Shown here in pieces: positions 26,301 through 35,855 of a stretch of DNA of 64,000 nucleotides. The position numbers were made by a program, and so were the translations under genes. Under the pieces are notes generated by a model, which saw nothing but the letters and a program-made list of their open reading frames with translations, did not search any database and was not told the origin of the DNA. Numbering within the stretch: position 1 is the stretch's first letter; the number at the start of each line of letters is the position of its first letter. Source of the DNA: a virus; IMG/VR virus record IMGVR_UViG_3300042362_000298, positions 4,313-68,312 of that record, one strand, 5' to 3'.

Positions 26301-27061
26301 TTCACACCATTCTCGGACTCCGTGCCATTCGTGGCCGCTATGTATGACTGAGCTTGAGTGCCAGCGCGGAAGTCGGTGGTATAGCCAGTAAAATTGCTTC
26401 CTCCGCTAGGGCCGAGGATTGGGGTGCCATCAAGATAGACGCTCTTCAGGCCATCGTCCAGCCCTTGAATCTCGCCTTCGCAGAGTAAATCAAGGACGCT
26501 GGCATATTGAACAGACTGCAGCGAATCATCTGCTTCGGTGGGCACGCTTTGCGAGCCACCGCCGCCCTTGCCGCCGCCTCCGCCGCCACCAGCGCCTGCG
26601 ATGGTCGCGCCGAGGCCAGCGTTATGCACGCGAATATTATCCGCAATGAAAGTATGCTGCCCTTCAACCGTTAAGTTGTAAACAGTAGTTGCTTGGAGTT
26701 TTTCTTTGTGCAAAATTGGACGCAAGTGCCCCAATCCGTCGACTAAGCAATCATCTGCTCCAAGCGTGTCAATACAAACAAAGGCGTTGAATTGGTTTAA
26801 CACCCAATGGTTAGGAGTGGCGTCTAGGTGGTTGCCGCCCCAAAAATGGTAGCGATTGACAAGTTGATCTTCGTGAACGTGAAGCTTGAGGATCTGAGCC
26901 GGAATAATTCGCCCTTGATCATCAAAGCTTAAAACTACGTCACCAGGCTCTAATGAGTCAATGCGACGTTGACCACCAGGTACGCTGACAAGCGTATACC
27001 CTGGAAAACAGCCGCTACCACCGCCGCCACCACCTGCACCTCTGACTATGGAATAGGTCAT
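23306..27061 (-). CDS. tail tip / host-specificity protein J with N-terminal Hint domain
   Basis: DLLCEGEIQG, LRYPNSA, DPAWCLWD, FN3 repeats; lambda M-L-K-I-J order; Hint CFPGYT...RVHN at 26621-27010. Confidence 0.93.
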   Translation of the reverse strand: MTYSIVRGAGGGGGGSGCFPGYTLVSVPGGQRRIDSLEPGDVVLSFDDQGRIIPAQILKLHVHEDQLVNRYHFWGGNHLDATPNHWVLNQFNAFVCIDTLGADDCLVDGLGHLRPILHKEKLQATTVYNLTVEGQHTFIADNIRVHNAGLGATIAGAGGGGGGGKGGGGSQSVPTEADDSLQSVQYASVLDLLCEGEIQGLDDGLKSVYLDGTPILGPSGGSNFTGYTTDFRAGTQAQSYIAATNGTESENGVNVEVTNATPVVRSVTDTDVDRVRVTIQLPALQIIEDDGDIIGHSVRVQVQVQYNGGGYTTVVDDTISGKTTNSYQRDYLLTLSGSFPVDIRLVRVSADESSARRQNRTFWFSYTEILDEKLRYPNSALSFLRFDSRQFDNIPARKYLIRGMKVRLPSNATVDTSVYQGRVTYAGVWNGTFGAATWCADPAWCLWDLMTNTRYGASIPEATLDKFDFYAISQYCNELVSNGFGGLEPRFQCHMLLNNRDEIYNVIQEFVSLFRGIAYYGAGSMVVLQDKPASSQYLLSPSNVIDGNFSYSGSSQKARHTTATVGYQTYESLGEVQFEYVEDADAVSKYGVINKEIKAMGCYSRGQAHRLGKWSLLAEQNLTETVSFSVAIDSGIILRPGMVIDIADPVKAGSRRSGRISSATTTTITVDSIVGLPITTANSPTMSVLLPTGLVETRSVSGIAGNVFTVNSPFSEAPNAQSVFLLQTTDIQSNQFRVLSVTESDSGAFSVTALTYNSSIYAAIESDLSLEFRDISNLSAIPDAPSNIQATEHLYEDGQSVLTAVELSWISPVQRIAGFRVEYRIDNNNWTQINTSSPSTRLTGLRAGILYVQIRSVNSLNKLSVASTAQFALVGKTAPPGNVQDLTIEPISANSARLRWAQTVDLDVKVGGRVHIRHTNLTDGTGTWSNSVDLIPAKSGASTEAIVPLVEGEILVKFEDDGGRQSPTETSVIVDFPDAVGQLLVQTRREDTDTPPFQGAKTDVFYSEDFGGLVLDGDETLDGITDFDLITTFDFLGDTQLQGEYAFANTLDLGGVFSLDLKRYFVTTGFFPSTLVDSRTGLVDDWADWDGGVIDQVNAKLLVRRTSDNPSGSPTWTSWQEFVNGTFLGRGFQFKAGLTSNDPAENIVVEQLGYDATFQRRTEQSVGAVTSGAGAYSVAFDKAFFTGTGSLGGTNAYLPSIGIVAQNLATGDYFNVTNVSNTGFDVTFRNSSGTAVSRDFLWTAVGFGKGT

Positions 27062-27690
27062 GCTGTTTGATTTACATCAAGGCCGCTGCTAATCACCGCA
27101 GAGCCCACGAAAAGACGGCCATAGGCCACTGGTACTGGCAATCCTTGCTTGGATGTGTTGACAATGCCTGAGAAACTGAAGCTCTCCAACCGCGCCGCTT
27201 CCCGCCCAGAAGTAAAGCCGCCCATGCTTTGTTGAGGCGAGATTAAAGTTGACACGCCTGTCAACAAAAGACTTGCGCCAGTGAGGCCAATACCTAGAGA
27301 AAGTGCAGTAAATGGCGTACCAAAAATAGTAGCAGCAGCAACGCCACCCCCAAGTCCTGGCACCAAAATAGAAAGAGCAATCAAGCCAATGCCCGCAAAA
27401 ATTTGCCCAACACCTTGACCAGCTCCAATAACTACGGGAGTGATGCTAAAAACTTCCCTTTCCGACCATGGTAAAACCAAACCTTCGGGGTTTTGTTTTG
27501 TAATTTTGTCCTTGCCAAGTCCAATGCGAAAACCAGCGCCTGCCGCTTCTTCATTGATCAACCATTGTTCAAGCCCTGGGAAGTTGATACACAACGCCTT
27601 GATTGCTTGAGCAGGTGTGTCAACGTCAAACTCAAACCGGCACTGCCCGAGCTTCTTGCGGAGAGCGCCATACACCTTAACGACTTTCAT
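27058..27690 (-). CDS. tail assembly protein I
   Basis: VKVYGAL...PVVIGAG...SFSFSGIVNTSKQGLPVPVAYG. Confidence 0.9.
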   Translation of the reverse strand: MKVVKVYGALRKKLGQCRFEFDVDTPAQAIKALCINFPGLEQWLINEEAAGAGFRIGLGKDKITKQNPEGLVLPWSEREVFSITPVVIGAGQGVGQIFAGIGLIALSILVPGLGGGVAAATIFGTPFTALSLGIGLTGASLLLTGVSTLISPQQSMGGFTSGREAARLESFSFSGIVNTSKQGLPVPVAYGRLFVGSAVISSGLDVNQTA

Positions 27691-28396
27691 GCCGCAAGAC
27701 CATGGCAGTATTCTTTACATAATAGCCACCATAAACGTCCCTGCTGGATAGTCTTCCTTGGACGTGGTGCAGAATTTGCTGATCGCCAAGATAGATAGCG
27801 CCATGGTTAGGGAGATCAGCGCCAAGCTGCATTAAAATTCCATCACCGTATTGCAAATCTTCAAAGGCAATTTGACGAAACCCCTGACTCTTATATCCAT
27901 CAACGTAAAGATTTTCCCCTCTCTCCCAAAAGCCATCGCGACGTTCAAAATCAGCCAGTTCAATGCCAAGCTCTCGCCTGTACCAATCACGCACTAATGC
28001 ATAGCAATCAACAACACCAAAGACAAATTCACGACCGACATAGGGTAGGTCAAAATCCTTCGGCTCGCAACCGCCCCATTCTTCAGTCTTGGGGTTGACT
28101 ATTATCCACGGAAGACCAGTTTTGTTGCAGCTAATCTGATCTGCGACTGATGGCTGGGGGCGGCTAATTGGATGGCTATGTATCACTGCAATAATCTCTC
28201 CCAGATCTTCCGCAATAGCATAGTCACTAGGATCCAGAACAAAGTGTTCGTCGGGAGTGGCGGCAATATTTGTGCAAGGAAAGTATCGACGACGCCCCTT
28301 AACAACGTGAATTAGTCCACACGATTCTTTCGGGTCGCAAATCTTGGCGTGCCGTAAGATGTCAGCTTGCAAAGCGGCACTTAGCTTCATTTCCAT
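27677..28396 (-). CDS. tail tip protein K (JAB + NlpC/P60)
   Basis: ESCG, HSHP...S.AD; DCYALVRDWY, NHGAIY, LHH. Confidence 0.93.
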   Translation of the reverse strand: MEMKLSAALQADILRHAKICDPKESCGLIHVVKGRRRYFPCTNIAATPDEHFVLDPSDYAIAEDLGEIIAVIHSHPISRPQPSVADQISCNKTGLPWIIVNPKTEEWGGCEPKDFDLPYVGREFVFGVVDCYALVRDWYRRELGIELADFERRDGFWERGENLYVDGYKSQGFRQIAFEDLQYGDGILMQLGADLPNHGAIYLGDQQILHHVQGRLSSRDVYGGYYVKNTAMVLRHESR

Positions 28397-28400
28397 TTCC

Positions 28401-29294
28401 CTACTCGGTTAACCCTGCGCCCGGATAAGACCCGAACGGCAATGGCGAAGTGGCCCCAAATCTAAGCTTGCACGAACTCAGTCTTTTACCGCAAGCATCA
28501 AGGGCTAAAGTGCCCACAGGGTTGTCACTTGCATTCCAATAGTTGCTACCTGTATAGCCGCATTCGGCGGAGCGGTATTGCCATTGGCAAATATTAGCGA
28601 TCAATTGACGTTTTGGAATCATCATGCCTGCCATGTCCAACTTGCTCGCCAGCTCCCATTGCACTACATCGCGATTTTCTGAAGATTTGCGATCAACATA
28701 CCAGATTTCATCGGGAAATTTTGCATGTGGGTCAGCGGTCGCTTCTCCATCAAGAAATTTTTTTAATGTCCTAATGCGAGTAATTTTTGCGCCGCCCAGA
28801 TCGTTGCCGGGCGTTACAGCATTTGCCAAAAGAATCAATGTACTAATTTCGCCCCCCAAGTTTGCGACTGTCAAGGTGGGCCTGGGAAGGGTGCCTCCGC
28901 TTACATAATCAAAGCCTTCCGCTTGAATAGGTAGACGCACATATTCGTTGCCATTCCAAACAATATTGCCAGTGACGCTTGCGTTTACGCCAGCATGAAA
29001 ATAGTAAGTGTCGCTGCTTCCATGGAGAGTGGCATCAAGTGTGAGCTGAAACAGTTCAATAATGGCATTCGGTGCCAACACTGATAGCTCTTCGTAAACG
29101 CTACTTACAGCCGTCCAGGTGACGCCTCCGTCGACGATGGTACTACCAATGTCAGTTGGCCAAGAAGGCTGACTGCTGGCGCTTGTGCCGGCCACTGTGC
29201 AGCGAAATACAAGGCCGCTAGCCTGCAGGGCCGTCGCACGGACGATTTGACCAACCGTGTAAGCAGTGCTAGAAGCCCAAGCAGAATAAGCCAC
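28401..29294 (-). CDS. minor tail protein L with N-terminal carbohydrate-binding-like module
   Basis: LPRPTLTVAN, CQWQYRSAECGY, CGKRLSSCKLRF; N-terminal WASSTAYTVGQIV...DGGVTW. Confidence 0.92.
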   Translation of the reverse strand: MAYSAWASSTAYTVGQIVRATALQASGLVFRCTVAGTSASSQPSWPTDIGSTIVDGGVTWTAVSSVYEELSVLAPNAIIELFQLTLDATLHGSSDTYYFHAGVNASVTGNIVWNGNEYVRLPIQAEGFDYVSGGTLPRPTLTVANLGGEISTLILLANAVTPGNDLGGAKITRIRTLKKFLDGEATADPHAKFPDEIWYVDRKSSENRDVVQWELASKLDMAGMMIPKRQLIANICQWQYRSAECGYTGSNYWNASDNPVGTLALDACGKRLSSCKLRFGATSPLPFGSYPGAGLTE

Positions 29295-29635
29295 TATGGT
29301 TCAAAGATTTGGTTGAAAGTGGCGTTGATTTGATTGAATCCGTCGCCTAGCAATTGCTTGGTCCATTCGCGACATACCCACTTGTAAGAAGAGCTTTCTC
29401 CTGGTGGAGTCCAATCAAATGAATTTGCATCATCAGCTCTAGCATCTAAAAATGTTTCAATGGTGTCGGCATCGGTGTCGTTCACCATGAAAGTGAGAGA
29501 CCATTCTTTTGGGTTTTGATTGAGCCCATATTTAAGACGTTGCTCGTAACCATCGCCAAATTGAACCGTGCGAACTCGTGGTTGACTGCGCTTTTGCGCA
29601 TCAAAAGTGGGAGCAATGGATGGGAAAGTGGCCAT
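29294..29635 (-). CDS. minor tail protein M
   Basis: VQFGDGYEQR..GLN, FDWTPP. Confidence 0.92.
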   Translation of the reverse strand: MATFPSIAPTFDAQKRSQPRVRTVQFGDGYEQRLKYGLNQNPKEWSLTFMVNDTDADTIETFLDARADDANSFDWTPPGESSSYKWVCREWTKQLLGDGFNQINATFNQIFEP

Positions 29636-29641
29636 AATTAA

Positions 29642-32600
29642 CTATCGGACAAGAAGGCCGCCAGGGCGCTGTTGCTTGACGATTTCTGACTGCACCGCTG
29701 CACTGACAATGCTCGCCAGTGCTTTTGCTTGGCCTTCGTCGCCTTCCGTTTTTGTGCCTTTCGCGTCCACGTTAATAGTAATACTAATGTCACCATTGCC
29801 ACCTCCCATCATCTCCACTGGAATGGAGCGACCATCGGGCAATGGCACGACCGCTTCATTGTAACGACCTTCACCAATCAATCCCATGGTTGGACCGTTG
29901 ACAATGCCTCCGTTGGCAAATTGACGGATGCCAAAATTAGGGCCAAATGTGCCAAAGCCCTGCCCCGCTGGATTTTGAAGAATACCTCCGCCCGCTCCGA
30001 TCCCCACTCCAGATGGCAAGGCGACTGATTGCCCCACACGAGCCCCGCCACCAAAGAAACCTCCGATTCCAGGGATCAAGCTAGCCGCGAGTCCGATGAT
30101 TTGCATCTCAATCCACTTAGCAATCATCCTTGCCGCCATGTCCAAGAAATAATTGCCAACACTTTGGAAAAAATTAGCCAACGCCTGCTGAGCAGTCATG
30201 GAACCACTTACGATGCCCTTGAAAGAATCCGCAAAAGAAGATCCTATTGCTTGCGCCATAGGCACAATCTGATATCTCATGTCGGTCAACTTTTGCAATT
30301 CTTCTCTCGATGCTTTTATTGCCTGAGCCATGTCAATAAATGGCTTCATCAAGTCGACTTGCCCGGCTAATTGCGTTATTTCCCCTTGACGCTGACCAGA
30401 AAGCTGCATCCAGTCAGGGCCAAGTTTAGCTTGCGCTCCAGCCAGAGCGGTGGACGGAGCAAAAGCTTGCGCTCCCGTTTGCAATTCCGAACGCAAATCT
30501 TTGACAATATCTCGTGTCACGCGAACTCCAGCAGCCGCCGTTTGCTGGGCAGGTGTCATGTCAGCTTGTCCACCCCTCATTTGAGTGAGCGAAGTGACCA
30601 AGGTTTTGTATTCGGGGCGAGTGCCCACTCGTTTGTTGACATAATTCAACAGCTCGTCTATGGCTTGAATGTTGTCAATAGTCTCTTTTTTGATGTCACC
30701 CAGCGCCTTCCGCAGGGGCGTCATTTCCGGCGTATCTTGCCTGTAAATTTTGTCAAATAACTCTTGAGCTTTTGTTGCCGCTTCGGAAATTTCTTTTGTT
30801 ATGTTTTTCCACTCTTCGTCAGTTTCGGCTACTATTTTCTTGTATTCCAACAGCTCATTTGATCGGGCTAAGTCACGAACGCGCCCGGTTTGCGTTCTAT
30901 TGATTTCATCCACGCGAAGCTTTAGGAGCTGTACCGCGAGCACTCTTTTGGCTTCAAGTTGAGAAAGCTCATCCTTGCCAATCGCATTGATTTCGTTTTG
31001 CTTTTGAAGCTGTTCTTGTAGCAATTGGTTGTAAGCGCTTTCCTCTTTGGCAACGCCTTTTGTATCAGGCTCTCCTTGAATTTTGCTCAGTCCTTTTTCC
31101 GTTTCAACGCGCTGTTTCCTTGCTTGCGTTAGCGCACGCTCTGCTTGAATAATTTTAGTTTGAGCCTCCAGATAGCCTCTTTGTGCCGCTCCCAGGTTGG
31201 CGGAAATTGCCCCTGGCATTGTCTGTACCGTAAGGTTACGCTGTCCACCCTCTTGGGCGAAGGCCATGTTGGAGGAAAGCCCAAGCGCCTGCAATTCCTC
31301 GGCCTGCTGGGGGCTAACGCTTCTTTTTCCGGCTCGCAAGTCGCTCAGTAATGTTTGCGCACGCTTAATGCGAGCCGCCAAGGCTTTCTGCTCTGTCAAT
31401 TCCACGGTCACGCCTGCCACATCCCCTGCTTCGCCCAAAGCCTTAACTGCATCAGCAAATTGCAGCATTTTCTGGCGAGCCGTCTGAGCAGCAGCTCCAG
31501 CCGAGAGAAATCGCTCCGCCAGCATGCCCAGCCCGATAATGGCCAAGCCAATGCCAGTTCGCGCCACTAAGCCTGTCAGAGCAGCATTTACACCTCTAAT
31601 CGCAGTTGCGGTTTGCGCGGCGGTAGCACCGGTTAGAGTCATGGCATTGCGGAATGCAGTGAATCTGCCTACTCCTAAAAGCATTTGAGCGTTAAACAGG
31701 CCGAGTGGACCAAGCATCGTCACCACTGCCGTGCGTAAAATGCCAAATGCCGTAATAACCGGCAGCACCACCGCATAAACGCGAACCAAATAGCCCGTCA
31801 AGGGACTACCAGCAACTGAAAGAAAAATCTTGCCAACTTCCAGGGCAATTTTAATCAACTGTCCAAACACTGGCAGTATTTGCTTGATATTATTCTGTAT
31901 TCCCTGCAATGCTGGTTGCAACTGTTTCAGTTCGTTTGCTATCGCCATGCCGCCGGATGTCTTGGCCTGTGTGCCAGTAAAAAATGCATTGATACCATCC
32001 GTAGCGTCTTTTAATCCTTGGCTCAATGGAGAAACAAAACTATTAAGAAATTGTACAGCTATTGGCTCGAAACTCTCGTAAAAACCCTTGAGGGAGTTCC
32101 TCATATTATTCATTGAACCCTGGAAAGTATTTGCCGCGCCCCTTGCTCCCTCCGAGAATTTTTGATTAAGCAAAATCGTTACATTATTAAGCAAGTCTTT
32201 CATGGCTTGCCCCTTGTAGGCGCCATCTTCTAGCGCCTTTGAGAATTGAGCAATTGCATTTGGCCCCTCAAATCCCGCCGCTTCGGCAAATAGCGCCATC
32301 GCCCCTGGAAGAACATCGCCCAGTTGCCCCTTCAGCTCTTCGCTCATCACTTGACCCTTGCTGGCCATCTGAGCAAAGGCATAGGTCACTCGATCGACTT
32401 TGTCGGAACTCATCCCAAAGGTGGCAGCGGCTTTGCTAATGCCGGTGAACAGATCTCTCACCTCTTCGCCAGCAAAGCCCGCTGGCTGCATAGATGCGTA
32501 TAACTTGGTAAATCCACCTCTAGCCGACTCAAGGGGAATGTTATACTTGCTAACCAAGTCCAGAATCAAGGCGTTTGATTTCGCGGCCTCTTGAGCGGTT

Positions 32601-34156
32601 GGAGTGATCGCCTTCAGTGTATTCCTAAAGCTTTGCAGCTCCCCAACGGCTTGACCCACCTGTGCAGGGAAGTCTTGAGCAAAGCCGAGTAGCTTATAGG
32701 CTTGCCCAAACAGAAGCACTTGCTTGGTGGCAAAAGCGAACTCTCCCCCTATTTCACGGATCAAACCAGCTCCTGGCAAGTTAATCCCTCCCATCGCCCG
32801 ACCGAAACCACCAAATCCCCCAAAGCCACCTCCGCCGCCTCCGCCGCCTCCGCCGCCTCCGCCGCCTTGTCCGCCTCCGGTCGCTACTAACGCCCCAGGA
32901 GCTTGATATGGAACAATTGCACTCAGAGAACGAGCGGCTCTGTACGACTGACTGTATGGGGATGGCGCCCTTCCTGCGCTTCCTCCCATTACATCCACTT
33001 CTCTCAATGCCGAACGCACGCGGGCTTCCCTTTCCCGCCGCGCCAGCATTTCTGCCCTTGTTTCTCCATCGCGACCAAGAGCGCCTGTTGCATAAGGAGA
33101 CGCGACTCTACCCACGCCAGCAGGCAGCAGCCCAGTCACTCTTCCACCGCCAAGCATTGGCATTCCCGCAGCGCCAAGATCTCTAACTTGCACTCCGCGA
33201 ACAGCAGCGTTCAATCCATTGCGCACTGCATCAACAAATGCATTAGCGGCATTGCGCAAGGCTTCCTTCAGTGCTGGATTTAGAATATCTCCAACTAAGC
33301 GCTTCTGCTCGGCAAAAGCAGAGCCGGGGAGTTGCGGGAACGCTCGTCCCGGAGCCAATGCCATGGTCGAGGTCGTGCTTACGCCTCGAGTAGGAGGAAC
33401 CATGGCCTCCCAGTTAATAGCAGGAAGCCGCCTCCTCTCCGCTTCTTGTGCCCTGATCACTGCAGGGTCCATTCCGAGCATGCGGAAGACTCCGCGAGCA
33501 AACGTATCCAACACTCTTTCAAGCTGGCCACCGCCCGGCTCATTGCGCATGCGCATTTCCATGCCAGAGGCAGTCTTGCCGACCATCCCCTGTGTGCGCA
33601 TGTATTCCATCAAATCAGGGAATCCAGGAGGTACTCCGCCCTTTCCGCCTTGAACATTCGCTTTTACATTGACACTGATTCCACTAAGAGATTCCGTGAC
33701 GGCCTTCTTGAACTCTCTTACGTCTGCCTGCGTAATGGAAGGCTTGATGCTTGTGCCAATACGAATTTTGCCTCCAGCATTCTCTAGCGCGGGTGAACCT
33801 TTGATAGTCTTGTTGATGCCAGCAACAACACTTAATACATCTTTCTGCGTGACAGCGGAACGAATGCTGACTGGTATTTCTACCGCTTTTGTCTTAGAAA
33901 GAGCGTCAAGCCTTGCTTGAATTTTTTCAAACTGATCCTTGGTAAGTCCGCCAACAATATTCAGTTCAATGTTAAATTTTTGACGCCCCAAGGATTGCCT
34001 AAGACTGTTCAGTTCGTTTTTTATGACAGTGCGATCAAATTTAAGCTTGATCGGCAAGTTATACCCAGCCGCCGCTTGCCCAAGCGTTGCCAGTTGATTC
34101 CTAAATGTGGACAGATCAAGACCTACTTTCAGCAGAAGTTGTGCGTCTTGTGCCAC
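29642..34156 (-). CDS. tape measure protein
   Basis: 1504 aa; AFAQMASKGQVMSEELKGQL; C-terminal FANGGIV..PT...GEG..EAVVPL, QQRPGGLL. Confidence 0.93.
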   Translation of the reverse strand: MAQDAQLLLKVGLDLSTFRNQLATLGQAAAGYNLPIKLKFDRTVIKNELNSLRQSLGRQKFNIELNIVGGLTKDQFEKIQARLDALSKTKAVEIPVSIRSAVTQKDVLSVVAGINKTIKGSPALENAGGKIRIGTSIKPSITQADVREFKKAVTESLSGISVNVKANVQGGKGGVPPGFPDLMEYMRTQGMVGKTASGMEMRMRNEPGGGQLERVLDTFARGVFRMLGMDPAVIRAQEAERRRLPAINWEAMVPPTRGVSTTSTMALAPGRAFPQLPGSAFAEQKRLVGDILNPALKEALRNAANAFVDAVRNGLNAAVRGVQVRDLGAAGMPMLGGGRVTGLLPAGVGRVASPYATGALGRDGETRAEMLARREREARVRSALREVDVMGGSAGRAPSPYSQSYRAARSLSAIVPYQAPGALVATGGGQGGGGGGGGGGGGGGFGGFGGFGRAMGGINLPGAGLIREIGGEFAFATKQVLLFGQAYKLLGFAQDFPAQVGQAVGELQSFRNTLKAITPTAQEAAKSNALILDLVSKYNIPLESARGGFTKLYASMQPAGFAGEEVRDLFTGISKAAATFGMSSDKVDRVTYAFAQMASKGQVMSEELKGQLGDVLPGAMALFAEAAGFEGPNAIAQFSKALEDGAYKGQAMKDLLNNVTILLNQKFSEGARGAANTFQGSMNNMRNSLKGFYESFEPIAVQFLNSFVSPLSQGLKDATDGINAFFTGTQAKTSGGMAIANELKQLQPALQGIQNNIKQILPVFGQLIKIALEVGKIFLSVAGSPLTGYLVRVYAVVLPVITAFGILRTAVVTMLGPLGLFNAQMLLGVGRFTAFRNAMTLTGATAAQTATAIRGVNAALTGLVARTGIGLAIIGLGMLAERFLSAGAAAQTARQKMLQFADAVKALGEAGDVAGVTVELTEQKALAARIKRAQTLLSDLRAGKRSVSPQQAEELQALGLSSNMAFAQEGGQRNLTVQTMPGAISANLGAAQRGYLEAQTKIIQAERALTQARKQRVETEKGLSKIQGEPDTKGVAKEESAYNQLLQEQLQKQNEINAIGKDELSQLEAKRVLAVQLLKLRVDEINRTQTGRVRDLARSNELLEYKKIVAETDEEWKNITKEISEAATKAQELFDKIYRQDTPEMTPLRKALGDIKKETIDNIQAIDELLNYVNKRVGTRPEYKTLVTSLTQMRGGQADMTPAQQTAAAGVRVTRDIVKDLRSELQTGAQAFAPSTALAGAQAKLGPDWMQLSGQRQGEITQLAGQVDLMKPFIDMAQAIKASREELQKLTDMRYQIVPMAQAIGSSFADSFKGIVSGSMTAQQALANFFQSVGNYFLDMAARMIAKWIEMQIIGLAASLIPGIGGFFGGGARVGQSVALPSGVGIGAGGGILQNPAGQGFGTFGPNFGIRQFANGGIVNGPTMGLIGEGRYNEAVVPLPDGRSIPVEMMGGGNGDISITINVDAKGTKTEGDEGQAKALASIVSAAVQSEIVKQQRPGGLLVR

Positions 34157-34194
34157 GATTTTGCGCCAGCGTCTCTAGTTTCTTAATTCTATAA

Positions 34195-34668
34195 TCATTC
34201 TTCCTTGTTTCGCCCAGCAAAGGCTTTTATTTCGTCGGCCAACAGTGCAATCACTCTGCCGTCCATGCGTCGCGTTTTCATAAGACGCTGCATAATAATC
34301 AGGGTGGCATCAGTAATGCCGTCCTCTTTTTTAATGGCTTTGGTGTCGAATGGCAGGAAATGCTCTGCTTTGACGGTGCTCTTTTTGCCCGCCATCATTC
34401 CCGCCACCATCGTCCCAAGTTTGGCGATAGCAACGCTTTCTATGTTGTGCTTGGCAATATCGTGCTTCTCAAGATATTTGAGAGCCGCTTTGACATCGCG
34501 AATAGACTGCTTGCCAAATTGATCCGCATGCCATCTATGGTCTTTCAAGTCGGAGGCTGAAAGGCGAAAATAGATGTCGTTCCAATTGGTAAGAGCCTGT
34601 AAGAATTTCCTAGCCCGATCTTCTAACTGTTCTGCGACAGACCCTGGGGCTTGCTCTTCGCTTTTTTT
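34195..34668 (-). CDS. tail assembly chaperone T segment, reached by -1 frameshift
   Basis: A_AAA_AAA at 34668-34662 in the G frame; -1 frame is open (SEEQAPGSVAEQLEDRARKFLQALTNWNDIYFRL...) into ORF 34195-34548. Confidence 0.8.
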   Translation of the reverse strand, partial: KKSEEQAPGSVAEQLEDRARKFLQALTNWNDIYFRLSASDLKDHRWHADQFGKQSIRDVKAALKYLEKHDIAKHNIESVAIAKLGTMVAGMMAGKKSTVKAEHFLPFDTKAIKKEDGITDATLIIMQRLMKTRRMDGRVIALLADEIKAFAGRNKEE

Positions 34669-35171
34669 GCTGCATCAGCGGCCTCCTTAACTTCCGCATC
34701 TTGCTCGGCAGCAATAAATTCCACCACTTTGGAGATGGCGGCGCGAGGCAGCCCTTTAGTGTCGTCCAGCTCCCAATCGCCCAGATCGGTCCACTTACCA
34801 TCAATCATGCCTTGGCCGCGTGAGCGCACAAAGGCCGTCACCATGCGAGCATTTGTAGCCTCAACGGACGTGCCGCTGGTAATCATGGCCATGGTTTCGT
34901 CGGTGAAGTCAGAAAGCAATTCTGCTTCGGTGATAGAACTGCCGCCTTGCAACAGCGCAAATGCCTCATCGAGAGGAATGTCTTTGCTCGTGGCGATGCG
35001 CTTGGCCAGTTGCACGGCACGAATGGTCGCTTGGCTTTGAAGCTTACTGATCTCCTCCTGTTCAATAGCTTCAGCCACAAGCCAGCCATTGTATTTCTTC
35101 AGGCGAATCTCAGGCGTCAGTTGAAAATAGTCTTCAGCCTTGGTTTGCAGAAGGAAGCTGTATTTGCTCAT
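34623..35171 (-). CDS. tail assembly chaperone G
   Basis: upstream of the tape measure, with a slippery site near its 3' end. Confidence 0.8.
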   Translation of the reverse strand: MSKYSFLLQTKAEDYFQLTPEIRLKKYNGWLVAEAIEQEEISKLQSQATIRAVQLAKRIATSKDIPLDEAFALLQGGSSITEAELLSDFTDETMAMITSGTSVEATNARMVTAFVRSRGQGMIDGKWTDLGDWELDDTKGLPRAAISKVVEFIAAEQDAEVKEAADAAKKAKSKPQGLSQNS

Positions 35172-35397
35172 GATCAAGAATGTTCAACAGGGCATTGAAT
35201 ACTTTCACCCGTTCATGGCTTGAGCGAAACTCCTTAGGAATTTCTACCAAAAACGAATGATTGTCGTCTGCAATTCTAATGGTCGATTCCCTGCAGGAAA
35301 TCAAGCACAACACACCTGCTTGCAAAGCCATCCCTTCTATTTCATTGTTGATTGCATGAACCGTAGAGTCGGGACTGTGGAGGTAGTCAATTTTCAT
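35134..35397 (-). CDS. hypothetical protein
   Basis: 87-aa ORF in the tail operon. Confidence 0.65.
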   Translation of the reverse strand: MKIDYLHSPDSTVHAINNEIEGMALQAGVLCLISCRESTIRIADDNHSFLVEIPKEFRSSHERVKVFNALLNILDHEQIQLPSANQG

Positions 35398-35855
35398 TTT
35401 GTTCCCAGCGCAGCTTTTATCCTTTTCAGTAATGCCATTTCGGGAGTACTGCCCTTAAATTTCTGCGCAAATGCAAGCTCGTCTGTCCATGGACGACCAG
35501 TGCGATTGGTGCCTTTACCTTCGTGGACATAATAGGCATAGTATTGCCCCGAACTGTTTGTCGCGTCCCAGTTCCAATCCGCCGTTGCTAGGTTCTTGGA
35601 CAAGGTAAAGTTGTAGCTGTTAATGCCACTTTCGTACAACGCTCCCAAGTCGTAAATGTCTCGAGGGGAGTTAACAGTTTCGCCGTTCTTCCTGCGAGTT
35701 TCACCATCGTACTGCCATCGCCCCATCTCCCTGAACTGATCGTCCCAATAAGCGCCAGTAATGTCTTCCTCCGCCCATTGCTCAAAAGCATCAACAAGTT
35801 TTGCGACTAATTTTTCGGCATTGGCAATGGTGCCGCCAAGAATAACGGCGCTCAT
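35394..35855 (-). CDS. tail completion / neck protein (HK97 gp10-like)
   Basis: PRDIYDLGAL, YAYYVHEG...RPW. Confidence 0.65.
   Translation of the reverse strand: MSAVILGGTIANAEKLVAKLVDAFEQWAEEDITGAYWDDQFREMGRWQYDGETRRKNGETVNSPRDIYDLGALYESGINSYNFTLSKNLATADWNWDATNSSGQYYAYYVHEGKGTNRTGRPWTDELAFAQKFKGSTPEMALLKRIKAALGTK

Noticed and set aside
32800-32880. (CCGCCGCCT)n repeat as a regulatory or contingency locus
   Set aside because: It encodes an in-frame poly-Gly linker of the tape measure protein.
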